Positions 1 through 7,478 of a DNA stretch of 11,947 nucleotides are shown here, in pieces. Position numbers and translations under genes: made by a program. The stretch lies in the UHGV virus genome UHGV-1581813; one strand, 5' to 3'. Position 1 is the stretch's first letter. Each line of letters begins with the position of its first letter. Under the pieces are notes generated by a model. It searched no databases. It was not told the origin of the DNA and saw only the letters and a program-made list of their open reading frames with translations. The DNA is from a virus.

Positions 1-347
1 GCCTGACGGATATCACCGCGATCAATCATCGGTAAAGCGCCACGCTCTTTAATCTGCTGCAATGCCACAGCGTCCTGGCTTTTGGGAGAGAAGTCTTTCA
101 GGCCAAGCTGCTTACGATAGGCATCCCACCAACGGGAAAGAAGCTGGTAACGTCCGGCTGCTGTTGATTTGAGTTTGGGGTTTAGCGTGACAAGTTTGCG
201 AGGGTGATCGGAGTAATCAGTGAATAGCTCTCCGCCAACAATGACGTCATAACCATGATTTCTGGTTTTCTGACGTCCGTTATCAGTTCCCTCCGACCAC
301 GCCAGCATATCGAGGAACGCCTTACGTTGATTATTGATTTCCACCAT
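1..347 (-). CDS. R: Endolysin R (lytic transglycosylase), 5' part only; gene runs off the window start
   Basis: Minus-strand translation from ATG at 347 gives [10 protein letters not shown]..., and the window edge reads ...[11 protein letters not shown]; both match lambda R as I recall it. The start overlaps the 3' end of S, as in lambda. Not in the ORF track because it is truncated. Confidence 0.85.
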   Translation of the reverse strand, partial: MVEINNQRKAFLDMLAWSEGTDNGRQKTRNHGYDVIVGGELFTDYSDHPRKLVTLNPKLKSTAAGRYQLLSRWWDAYRKQLGLKDFSPKSQDAVALQQIKERGALPMIDRGDIRQ

Positions 348-654
348 CTTCTACTCCGGCTTTTTTAGCAGCGAAGCGTTTGATAAGCGAACCAATCGAG
401 TCAGTACCGATGTAGCCGATGAACACGCTCGTTATATAAGCGAGATTGCTACTTAGTCCGGCGAAGTCGAGAAGGTCACGAATGAACCAGGCGATAATGG
501 CGCACATCGTTGCGTCGATTACTGTTTTTGTAAACGCACCGCCATTATATCTGCCGCGAAGGTACGCCATTGCAAACGCAAGGATTGCCCCGATGCCTTG
601 TTCCTTTGCCGCGAGAATGGCGGCTAACAGGTCATGTTTTTCTGGCATCTTCAT
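331..654 (-). CDS. S: Holin/antiholin S (class I holin, dual-start)
   Basis: 107-aa [35 protein letters not shown]..., which matches lambda S. It begins ATG-AAG-ATG, giving the S107/S105 dual starts, and is preceded by a CCCC..GGGGG stem covering the ribosome-binding site. Confidence 0.9.
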   Translation of the reverse strand: MKMPEKHDLLAAILAAKEQGIGAILAFAMAYLRGRYNGGAFTKTVIDATMCAIIAWFIRDLLDFAGLSSNLAYITSVFIGYIGTDSIGSLIKRFAAKKAGVEDGGNQ

Positions 655-946
655 GTCTTACCCCCAATAAGGGGATTTGCTCTATTTAATTAGGAATAAG
701 GTCGATTACTGATAGAACAAATCCAGGCTACTGTGTTTAGTAATCAGATTTGTTCGTGACCGATATGCACGGGCAAAACGGCATGAGGTTGTTAGCGCAA
801 CCTCTTGCCACCCGCTTTCACGAAGCCAGCCATTGAGCTGGTTTTCTTTTATGCAAAGCACACCGCACCGTAGCCACAGCGGATAAGGTGATTATTTTTG
901 TCTGTCTGGTATTTGGTTTGATGTGCTTTCAGAAAGGCCGTGCTTA

Positions 947-980
947 AAACGCAAAAAGCCCCGAGCTATTAACTCAGGGC
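947..980 (-). terminator. Intrinsic terminator downstream of pR' (tR'-like, end of a short 6S-like leader RNA)
   Basis: On the minus strand: GCCCTGAG-loop-CTCGGGGC, an 8-bp stem with one G-U pair, followed by TTTTTGCGTTTT. It lies about 60 nt downstream of the predicted pR' start. Confidence 0.6.
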
Positions 981-1016
981 TTTATTTAACGAGTGCATTT
1001 ATCCATCGTTGGGTCA

Positions 1017-1045
1017 AATTTACCCAACTTTATTCAAAAAGTCAA
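1017..1045 (-). promoter_or_regulatory. Late promoter pR' (with overlapping qut region expected)
   Basis: Minus strand has -35 TTGACT (1045..1040), a 17-bp spacer, and -10 TAAATT (1022..1017), directly downstream of the Q stop. The arrangement and sequence resemble lambda pR'. Confidence 0.6.
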
Positions 1046-1087
1046 TATCATGCCGTCAATATGTTGCCATCCGTGGCAATCATGCTG

Positions 1088-1711
1088 CTAACGTGTGACC
1101 GCATTCAAAATATTGTCTGCGATTGACTCTTCTTTGTGGCATTGCACCACCAGAGCGTCATACAGCGGCTTAACAGTGCGTGACCAGGTGGGTTGAGTAA
1201 GGTTTGGGATTAGCATCGTTACAGCGCGATATGCGGCGCTTGCTGGCATTCTTGAATAGCCGACACCTTTGCATCTTCCGCACTCTTTCTCAACAACTCT
1301 CCCCCACTGCTCTGTTTTGGCTATATCAACCGCACGGCCTGTACCGTGGCAATCTCTGCATCTTGCGCCCGGCGTCGCGGCACTACGGCAATAATCCGCA
1401 TAAGCGAATGTTGCGAGCACTTGCAGCACCTTTGCCTTAGTATTTCCTTCGAGCTTTGCCACACCACGGTATTTCCCCGATACCTTGTGTGCAAATTGCA
1501 TCAGATAGTTGATAGCCTTTTGTTTGTCGTTCTGGCTGAGTTCATGCTTACCGCAGAATGCAGCCATTCCGAATCCGGCCTGTGATTGTGCCATCCCCAT
1601 AGCAGCCATCACATCAGTACCGGAAAGAGAGTCAGAAGCCGTGGCCCGTGGTGAGTCGCTCATCATCGGGCTTTTTGGCGAATGAAATTTAGCTACGCTT
1701 TCGAGTCTCAT
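1088..1711 (-). CDS. Q: Late antiterminator Q
   Basis: 207-aa [30 protein letters not shown]... with the CxxC...CxxC zinc motif. It matches lambda Q in length and sequence as I recall, and sits directly upstream of pR'. Confidence 0.9.
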   Translation of the reverse strand: MRLESVAKFHSPKSPMMSDSPRATASDSLSGTDVMAAMGMAQSQAGFGMAAFCGKHELSQNDKQKAINYLMQFAHKVSGKYRGVAKLEGNTKAKVLQVLATFAYADYCRSAATPGARCRDCHGTGRAVDIAKTEQWGRVVEKECGRCKGVGYSRMPASAAYRAVTMLIPNLTQPTWSRTVKPLYDALVVQCHKEESIADNILNAVTR

Positions 1712-2319
1712 GCGGCCTCACTTCTGCTATTTCGCAGGTCTTTGAGTTTCTGCTGATACTCCGCCTTGATGGCCCTGCACTCTTCGACAGTCCAGCGATG
1801 GCGGTTATGGTTTGATTCGATTTCATCTACTGCTTCCTGCCCGATGCGGCTAATCAGTTCGACGCGATACGGAACGAGATTTCCGCTTTTGTGCTGGTTG
1901 CACACCACGCATTGCTTGTGAATATTGCGTTCATCAAATCGGAGTTGAGGCGCCGCAGCAGTTGTCCGGTAATGCCCGGCATCCCACTGAGCAGACGTGA
2001 GCGTTCCGCACGAGATACATGGTAAGTCGCGGTCTCTTTCTCTGATGAAGGCGTTTACGGCTTGTTGGGCTTGTTTAATCCAGTAACTGCGGGGCTTTAA
2101 GGCGAGTTTTCGAATCTTAAGTTTATCTTTCTGTTTCTGCTCCTCTCGTCGTAGTTTCTTCTCTGCTGCTTTTTCCGCTTTTTCGCGTTCTTTGCTTCGT
2201 CGTTCGAGTGCTATCTTGGTTCCACACTCTGGAGAGCACCACCACTGATTAGCGAATGCAGGGTGAAACCATTCCCGACAATCATCGTTTTTACATCGTC
2301 TTCGCGCTTGTTTAGCCAT
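1708..2319 (-). CDS. ninG: NinG / Rap recombination protein (Holliday-junction endonuclease family)
   Basis: 203-aa [36 protein letters not shown]..., matching lambda NinG. An ATGA overlap joins it to Q. Confidence 0.9.
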   Translation of the reverse strand: MAKQARRRCKNDDCREWFHPAFANQWWCSPECGTKIALERRSKEREKAEKAAEKKLRREEQKQKDKLKIRKLALKPRSYWIKQAQQAVNAFIRERDRDLPCISCGTLTSAQWDAGHYRTTAAAPQLRFDERNIHKQCVVCNQHKSGNLVPYRVELISRIGQEAVDEIESNHNRHRWTVEECRAIKAEYQQKLKDLRNSRSEAA

Positions 2320-2588
2320 TATGGTTCGCTCCAGTAATTCTCAATTGCAGCAGCCATTCTCTGCATCCACTCAGCCAGCTTTAACGCGGCTTCTCTTTCA
2401 GAACCACATTTAGGGAAATCCTTCATTTCCATGCTGGCCTTATATGTTCTGAATGCCAGGTCTCCGGTAATAACCAGCTCCTGATCAAGCACCGAGCGTT
2501 TATTCCGGTGTTGAACGTAATAGACAGATTCAGTCCGCATTTCTTCTCTGTCTTTTTTGAAGGAAATAAGCTCAGAGAAATCACTCAT
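2319..2588 (-). CDS. Hypothetical 89-aa protein inserted between ninF and ninG
   Basis: [33 protein letters not shown].... Its ATG overlaps the ninF stop (ATGAGTGA) and its stop overlaps the ninG ATG (TAATG), so it is tightly coupled within the operon. I do not recognise the family. Confidence 0.6.
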   Translation of the reverse strand: MSDFSELISFKKDREEMRTESVYYVQHRNKRSVLDQELVITGDLAFRTYKASMEMKDFPKCGSEREAALKLAEWMQRMAAAIENYWSEP

Positions 2589-2757
2589 CGTCTTCTTCCT
2601 CGTACATTGAGCTATTCGGATCGCTCATCAGTTCTGCGCAGCAGTGCTCACATACGTGAACTTCCAGAACATGCAGCTTCTGACCGCAGTTAGCGCACGT
2701 TAAAGCCAGCTCGACGCTTTCTTTCTGGTATTGAATGGATTGGGATGGGCTAAGCAT
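2581..2757 (-). CDS. ninF: NinF-like small zinc-binding protein (58 aa)
   Basis: Not in the ORF track (<60 aa). Translation is [58 protein letters not shown], matching lambda NinF as I recall. Its ATG overlaps the stop of the upstream NinX-like gene (TAATG). Confidence 0.75.
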   Translation of the reverse strand: MLSPSQSIQYQKESVELALTCANCGQKLHVLEVHVCEHCCAELMSDPNSSMYEEEDDE

Positions 2758-3122
2758 TATTGGATTCTCTGCATCATGAGAAAGACAATCATGGCGGCGC
2801 GGAGGGGATTTTCATGTATAGCTCGCTTAGATTTACAGTAGGCCACACCGCGTGCACCCCACTCGTCTTCATCGAGATTGATAATGCTAATCCTGTATTT
2901 TTCAATAATCGGCCATGCGTCTGCTGGGTTTGCGCATGGGTTAAAGGATCCGCGCTCAACTTCTACTTCAACTGCGTCTCCGTTTACAATGTCTCCCTCA
3001 AATGAGACAAACACCATATCGCCATTCTCACCTTCTTTGTAATCCGGTGATCCGTTATGAATGGCTTCGAATACCGCCACGTTAATCTCAAAATCACTTA
3101 ACTGTGAATAATCCATTGTCAT
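2757..3122 (-). CDS. NinX-like (DUF2591-type) nin-region protein
   Basis: The track ORF is 2757..3158. I place the start at the ATG at 3122 ([20 protein letters not shown]...) because it makes an ATGA overlap with the ninE stop; a second ATG at 3116 has a GAGGAA ribosome-binding site 6 nt upstream. Family assignment is from memory only. Confidence 0.55.
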   Translation of the reverse strand: MTMDYSQLSDFEINVAVFEAIHNGSPDYKEGENGDMVFVSFEGDIVNGDAVEVEVERGSFNPCANPADAWPIIEKYRISIINLDEDEWGARGVAYCKSKRAIHENPLRAAMIVFLMMQRIQ

Positions 3123-3295
3123 TTCCTCGCACGATGTCTTAGCCACCGGATATCCCACAGGTGAGCCGTGTAGTTGAAGGTTTTTACGTCAGATTCTTTT
3201 GGGATTGGCTTGCGTTTATTTCTGGAGCGTTTCGTTGGAAGGTGTTTGCAGTTTTCACAGGTTATGTCGGTGATACTTCGTCGCTGTCTCGCCAT
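3119..3295 (-). CDS. ninE: NinE-like protein (58 aa)
   Basis: Not in the ORF track. Translation is [58 protein letters not shown], with a GGAGG ribosome-binding site 4 nt upstream. It matches the NinE family as I recall. Confidence 0.7.
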   Translation of the reverse strand: MARQRRSITDITCENCKHLPTKRSRNKRKPIPKESDVKTFNYTAHLWDIRWLRHRARK

Positions 3296-3435
3296 ACGTC
3301 CTCCTTTTCCTGCGGTAGTGGTAAAACTCCTGTTGGTGTTCTTTCACACCGGAGACACCATCGATTCCAGTAAGGTTGCCCGGGTCGAAAGCGATCGCCT
3401 TCCTTTCGCTCTCCACATCGATAACAGTGCTTCAT
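3262..3435 (-). CDS. Small zinc-ribbon protein (CxxC...CxxC), possibly NinD-like
   Basis: The ATG at 3435 makes an ATGA overlap with the methyltransferase stop. Product is [34 protein letters not shown].... Its 3' end overlaps the ninE start by 34 nt in another frame, which lowers confidence. Confidence 0.45.
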   Translation of the reverse strand: MKHCYRCGERKEGDRFRPGQPYWNRWCLRCERTPTGVLPLPQEKEDVWRDSDEVSPT

Positions 3436-4022
3436 GCGATCACCATTTTGCATGGTTTAATCGCCATGCCGGTAGCCAGTTCAAAATCGGAGTCGCACTG
3501 ATTGCCCCACATATCCCACCCGGTCACTTTGTCGCGGCTAAATAACTCACAGCGCGGCACGTCGCCAAGCAACTTAGCTAACATGTCTCTTACGATCGGT
3601 GGTTTTGCACTGTGCTCCATTCTCGGTGCGGTAAAGTGCTGGCATATGGAAGCGTCCATTCTCTCAGGCAACCGCCCTCGAACAGCAAACAAGCAATCCT
3701 CGCTATTTGCCCGGGTCATATGCCCCATTCCGATCGCACTGTTGCCTTTGTGCTTATTGGTTTTGTGCCAAGTAAAGCCTTTCATAGTCATCAACCTGAA
3801 TCCCCACGCCTCAATTACCTTTAGCGCTTCGGCTGGCTGTGTCGGCACCCACCACATCGCTAACAAGCAAGATTCTGGATCCGCTAAATCCCATACTGGC
3901 AGTCGGCAAATGTCCTGAACATTCATAACATCGTATTTATGTCCAGCACCGCGATTGCCATCGTTGGCTTTGTCGCGATATTGCCAAGGCGGATCTGCGT
4001 AAATAAGTCGGTATTTGTTCAT
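3432..4022 (-). CDS. DNA N6-adenine methyltransferase (MT-A70 family), orphan
   Basis: 196-aa ORF with an N-terminal DPPW catalytic motif ([18 protein letters not shown]...). An ATGA overlap joins it to ninB. No restriction endonuclease partner is evident nearby. Confidence 0.85.
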   Translation of the reverse strand: MNKYRLIYADPPWQYRDKANDGNRGAGHKYDVMNVQDICRLPVWDLADPESCLLAMWWVPTQPAEALKVIEAWGFRLMTMKGFTWHKTNKHKGNSAIGMGHMTRANSEDCLFAVRGRLPERMDASICQHFTAPRMEHSAKPPIVRDMLAKLLGDVPRCELFSRDKVTGWDMWGNQCDSDFELATGMAIKPCKMVIA

Positions 4023-4462
4023 GCAGCTTTATCTCCCCATCTCGCTTTCCACTCCAGAGCCAGTCGCGCTTCGTCTGACCACTTAACGCCACGTTCTGTA
4101 CCGAATGCCTGTATAAGCTCTAATAGCTCCGCAAATTCGCTTACACGCATCCTGCTGGTTGACTGGCCTATTACCACAAAGCCATTCCCGGCAAGGTTAG
4201 GAACAACATCCTGCTGCTTTAAGGCTGCGGTAAACACACACTTCCAGCTTTCTGCATCCAGCCAGCGACCATGCCATTCAACCTGACGAGAGACGTCACC
4301 AAGGCAAGCCCAAAGCTTCCGATTCTGGTCTAAGCTGCGGTTGCGTTCCTGAATGGTTACTACGATTGGTTTGGTTGGGTCTGGAAGGATTTGCTGGATA
4401 GCTTGAATGGCGTTCCGCTGATGGATGGGGCTTCTTAGTTCAAACGTTAGTTTCCTCACCAT
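4019..4462 (-). CDS. ninB: NinB (Orf-family recombination mediator)
   Basis: 147-aa ORF MVRKLTFELRSPIHQRNAIQAIQQILPDPTKPIVVTIQERNRSLDQNRKLWACLGDV..., matching lambda NinB. Confidence 0.9.
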   Translation of the reverse strand: MVRKLTFELRSPIHQRNAIQAIQQILPDPTKPIVVTIQERNRSLDQNRKLWACLGDVSRQVEWHGRWLDAESWKCVFTAALKQQDVVPNLAGNGFVVIGQSTSRMRVSEFAELLELIQAFGTERGVKWSDEARLALEWKARWGDKAA

Positions 4463-4604
4463 TTACGCTCCTGTAATCGTCAAGTGCAGCTGCAATAGTC
4501 CCTATCGGGTCATGGTCTTGCCCGATAATCTCATTTACGTTTTCATCTTCTTCCACACCGAAAAAGAATCGCAGGGCTAACATGATTTCTTCGTATGCGC
4601 TCAT
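4440..4604 (-). CDS. Unannotated small acidic protein (54 aa), hypothetical
   Basis: Not in the ORF track. AAGGAG lies 5 nt upstream of the ATG at 4604. Product is MSAYEEIMLALRFFFGVEEDENVNEIIGQDHDPIGTIAAALDDYRSVNGEETNV. Its stop overlaps the ninB start and it begins 3 nt after the upstream gene's stop. Confidence 0.4.
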   Translation of the reverse strand: MSAYEEIMLALRFFFGVEEDENVNEIIGQDHDPIGTIAAALDDYRSVNGEETNV

Positions 4605-4606
4605 AC

Positions 4607-4879
4607 TCACTCCTTCACTTTGACTCCAGCAGCGCGGATGTTTTCCTCATAAGCATCCATTCCATCACCGAAGCCATTGGAATAATCAACAGTAAACCCT
4701 TTGGCTAATGCTTCTCTGCTGTCGATAAACTTTGGCGCGGTTATTTCAATAGCTGCTCGCGATGCCTGCCACGCCTCCCATGCAATCTCGACCTTGATGT
4801 GCATAATCTTCATCACGTCACTTGAAACGTGATATTTGTTTTTAAACCACTCTTCAAACTGCTTTCTTGATTCGTCCAT
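4607..4879 (-). CDS. Hypothetical protein (90 aa)
   Basis: ORF MDESRKQFEEWFKNKYHVSSDVMKIMHIK..., co-oriented and tightly packed in the early-right operon. No motif recognised. Confidence 0.55.
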   Translation of the reverse strand: MDESRKQFEEWFKNKYHVSSDVMKIMHIKVEIAWEAWQASRAAIEITAPKFIDSREALAKGFTVDYSNGFGDGMDAYEENIRAAGVKVKE

Positions 4880-4890
4880 ATCAATCCCCG

Positions 4891-5091
4891 TTATGACAGG
4901 TTAATTTTCACCCAACCCTTCCCACGCACATTTGCAACAAGCCCTTTCTTTCTCAGGTATTGCATACGGCGATCGATGGTTTCGATATACATTCCATTGC
5001 TCCGCCATTTAAGCCAGATATCAAAAATAGGTGTTGGTCTTTCACTCAGCATTGAAAGAATGTTTTGATCTAATTTTTCGTACTTGCTCAC
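4891..5091 (-). CDS. Small putative winged-helix protein (66 aa), occupies a Ren-like position
   Basis: ORF MSKYEKLDQNILSMLSERPTPIFDIWLKWRSNGMYIETIDRRMQYLRKKGLVANVRGKGWVKINLS. An ATGA overlap joins it to the upstream membrane-protein gene. The winged-helix call is inferred from the sequence pattern only. Confidence 0.5.
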   Translation of the reverse strand: MSKYEKLDQNILSMLSERPTPIFDIWLKWRSNGMYIETIDRRMQYLRKKGLVANVRGKGWVKINLS

Positions 5092-5414
5092 AAATACCCT
5101 CTCTCACTTAATCGCCTCCACGCTTCGTTAAACTCTTCTCGGGTTGCGCCGGATTTTCTTTCTTCAAACATCATGCATTCGCTGATGTCTCCCCATGACT
5201 TTGGTCGCTTTTCAGCGAACAGATCATCCCATTCGAATACCCAGCGGCCTGATTTTCGGTAGTGGTAAATGGTCAGCCATGTTGTGCTGTTCGCTGGATA
5301 CCCATAGAGAACTTCGACTTTTTGATCACGGTCTTTATGCTTTTTCAGCAGGATAAAGCCAGCAACCAGCGAAGCTCCGGCAAGAATGATGATTGGAATT
5401 TGCCAGTCAGCCAC
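5088..5414 (-). CDS. Small membrane protein (one N-terminal transmembrane helix), hypothetical
   Basis: GTG start at 5414 preceded by a GGGGGAGAGGGAAG purine-rich ribosome-binding site. The N-terminus IPIIILAGASLVAGFILL is hydrophobic and followed by KKHKDRDQK (positive-inside). Confidence 0.5.
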   Translation of the reverse strand: MADWQIPIIILAGASLVAGFILLKKHKDRDQKVEVLYGYPANSTTWLTIYHYRKSGRWVFEWDDLFAEKRPKSWGDISECMMFEERKSGATREEFNEAWRRLSERGYL

Positions 5415-5428
5415 ACTTCCCTCTCCCC

Positions 5429-5461
5429 CAAATAAAAAGGCCTGCGATTACCAGCAGGCCT
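5429..5461 (-). terminator. Intrinsic terminator between replication genes and the nin-side cluster (tR2-like)
   Basis: Minus strand: AGGCCTGC-(8-nt loop)-GCAGGCCT, a perfect 8-bp stem, followed by TTTTTATTT, directly after the helicase stop. Confidence 0.6.
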
Positions 5462-5490
5462 GTTATTAGCTCAGTGATGTAGATGGTCAT

Positions 5491-7371
5491 TTAATACTCC
5501 GTCACGTTTTCCTGTCGCCACGCCTCGTCATATTCCGATTTCGGCATATTGGCGATGTAGCTATATGGCGATCCTGATTCAAGTTGCAGGAACTGGTGCG
5601 ATTGCTCGTCAAGGAACAACGGGACACCACCCTCCCAACCTTCGCCGTTACGTTGTTTTTCAAGCATCAAAACAGATGCCGGAGATGCCAGTAGCTGTTC
5701 GTCCTTCTCTGACATCTTTTCACCACTCTGAACTCTCTGTAACGCTCTCTCGCGAGCCTTGTTACGCCAGATGATGAAAAGGTTGTCTGTCAGGTCTGTT
5801 ATCGCTCCAGAGCCTTTTACGTCCATTTTCCCGGTTGGTTTTTCTTCGCTGTCTCCTTTTCGCGAGTGAGTAACGAGAATGACGTGGGAGTTTGTTTTGT
5901 TTTTGAAGTCGCAAATCGAGTCAACAAACGCCTTCTGCCCGTTATAGTCATCGTCGCCTATGCCACATTTCATCAGGCTGTCGATGATGAATAACTGGAT
6001 ACCGTATCGGCGGCGAGCGTAGTCGAATATTTCGATCAGCCTGTCGGCTTTCGCCGTTCCGGTCAGGCCAAACACCCAAAGTCTTTCGTCATAAAATTTA
6101 AATGCAGAGTCAATTTCCAGCACTGGCGGCATCTTGCAGCACGTTGCCTGACGGGTAAGTCGCTTAAGGAGAATGCCTGGCTTCAGCTCAAGTGACGCGA
6201 TGCACGTCTTCACACCCTGACGCATTGCCTCAAGTGCCATATGCCCGACAACCTCCGTTTTTCCGTGACCGTTCACACCATTGACCAGCGTCAACTCTGC
6301 CTCACGGAACTGGAATTTATCTGCCAGAGATTCCCACGGTGGATTAAACAGATACTGCTGCTTGCCGTAGAAAGCGTTGATAGTGTCCTGGTAAAACTCT
6401 CGCGCACTGTAGAGTTCTTCAGGATCGAAGTAGGATGCCGTGCCGATGTACTGCCAGATTTCATCCTCGGTAACACCGTTCATCAGGCATTCGTTGATGT
6501 CTTTGTACGGCAGAGTAACAAGACGGCAACGATGTTCACCGAGTCGGCTTGCGATTTCCCTTGCGGCTTCACGACCAACATCATCAACGTCCATCGAGAT
6601 GAATATCTCCTCAAACCTGTCGAGGTTGTGATACTCAAACTCAATCCACTGTTGCTTAGCACCTTTCCCGCCACCAAACGGCACGGATAACGCCGAGATG
6701 CCGTATTGCGCATAGCTCATACAATCAATTTCGCCTTCGCAAAGCACAACCGCCCTCACGCCAGCGTCCAGAGCCTGCCATCCGAACAGACAAGGTTCGC
6801 AATCACCTTCTGCCATAATGACTTTCTTCCCGTCCGGGCGCTCAGTGCTGATTCGCTTGACCTGCAACAACTCACCATCGCGTTTGTACGGAAGCACCAG
6901 AGCATCCAGTTCTCGTTCTCCATTCCACACCTTGCCGCTGACAACCTCGTAGCGCTTTACGACTTCTGGCGATATGCCACGCGATTGCAGGTACTCAAGA
7001 TGGGATTCTGTTCTGGTAACGTAGCGGGCGATTTTCTTGCGATCAGGTCTGGAGAATTTCTTCTCACGTTTGGCATCGAAATGGTGATCGTCATCCTTGA
7101 TACCGAGAAATGCTTTCGCTTCCTGCATAGCCTGATGCAGGTTAATTCCTCGACATGCCATCCACAAATCAAGCATGTCACCGCCGTCTCCCTCAGCGAA
7201 ATCAGCCCATTTTTTCTTGCCGCTAAGGTTGACCTTAAGGCTGTTTCCCTTGTCACCGTTGACGTTACCGGCAACCCACTCATGCCCCTCTTTCTTGCCG
7301 TTCGGCAACAGGTGCGGAGCCACCCTGTCAACCTGCGCCCAAAGCAGGTCGCTAAGTTCACTTGGCGTCAT
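5491..7371 (-). CDS. Replicative primase-helicase (Toprim-like domain plus DnaB/RepA-type P-loop helicase)
   Basis: 626-aa ORF with a Toprim-like VLCEGEIDCMS motif, Walker A GVNGHGKT and Walker B LFIIDSLM. It lies immediately downstream of the O-like initiator, in place of lambda P. Confidence 0.8.
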   Translation of the reverse strand: MTPSELSDLLWAQVDRVAPHLLPNGKKEGHEWVAGNVNGDKGNSLKVNLSGKKKWADFAEGDGGDMLDLWMACRGINLHQAMQEAKAFLGIKDDDHHFDAKREKKFSRPDRKKIARYVTRTESHLEYLQSRGISPEVVKRYEVVSGKVWNGERELDALVLPYKRDGELLQVKRISTERPDGKKVIMAEGDCEPCLFGWQALDAGVRAVVLCEGEIDCMSYAQYGISALSVPFGGGKGAKQQWIEFEYHNLDRFEEIFISMDVDDVGREAAREIASRLGEHRCRLVTLPYKDINECLMNGVTEDEIWQYIGTASYFDPEELYSAREFYQDTINAFYGKQQYLFNPPWESLADKFQFREAELTLVNGVNGHGKTEVVGHMALEAMRQGVKTCIASLELKPGILLKRLTRQATCCKMPPVLEIDSAFKFYDERLWVFGLTGTAKADRLIEIFDYARRRYGIQLFIIDSLMKCGIGDDDYNGQKAFVDSICDFKNKTNSHVILVTHSRKGDSEEKPTGKMDVKGSGAITDLTDNLFIIWRNKARERALQRVQSGEKMSEKDEQLLASPASVLMLEKQRNGEGWEGGVPLFLDEQSHQFLQLESGSPYSYIANMPKSEYDEAWRQENVTEY

Positions 7372-7478
7372 GATTCCCTCAGATTGAGATTTTTAAACCA
7401 GAAATCGACAAACGAAATACTTAACCAGCCGTGGTTATAACCAGCGACCAGTAGCGATTTGATTTTTGATTTCATGGT

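Noticed and set aside
923-1126. Plus-strand 67-aa ORF spanning the tR' hairpin and pR'
   Set aside because: It is antisense to the late promoter and terminator, runs into the Q 3' end, and has no ribosome-binding site.
1204-1585. Plus-strand ORFs inside the Q gene
   Set aside because: They are antisense to a full-length Q CDS that matches lambda Q.
2508-3005. Plus-strand ORFs 2508..2693 and 2760..3005
   Set aside because: They are antisense to the ninF and NinX-like genes and are shadow frames.
3161-3545. Plus-strand ORFs (70 and 123 aa) opposite ninE and the zinc-ribbon ORF
   Set aside because: They are antisense to coupled, recognisable nin genes and show no start signals.
6241-7440. Plus-strand ORFs antisense to the helicase gene (6241..6690, 6440..6631, 6706..7440 at 244 aa, 7175..7387)
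   Set aside because: They lie entirely opposite a well-supported 626-aa helicase CDS with clear Walker motifs. They have no ribosome-binding sites and low-complexity, Ser/Leu/Arg-rich translations typical of shadow ORFs.
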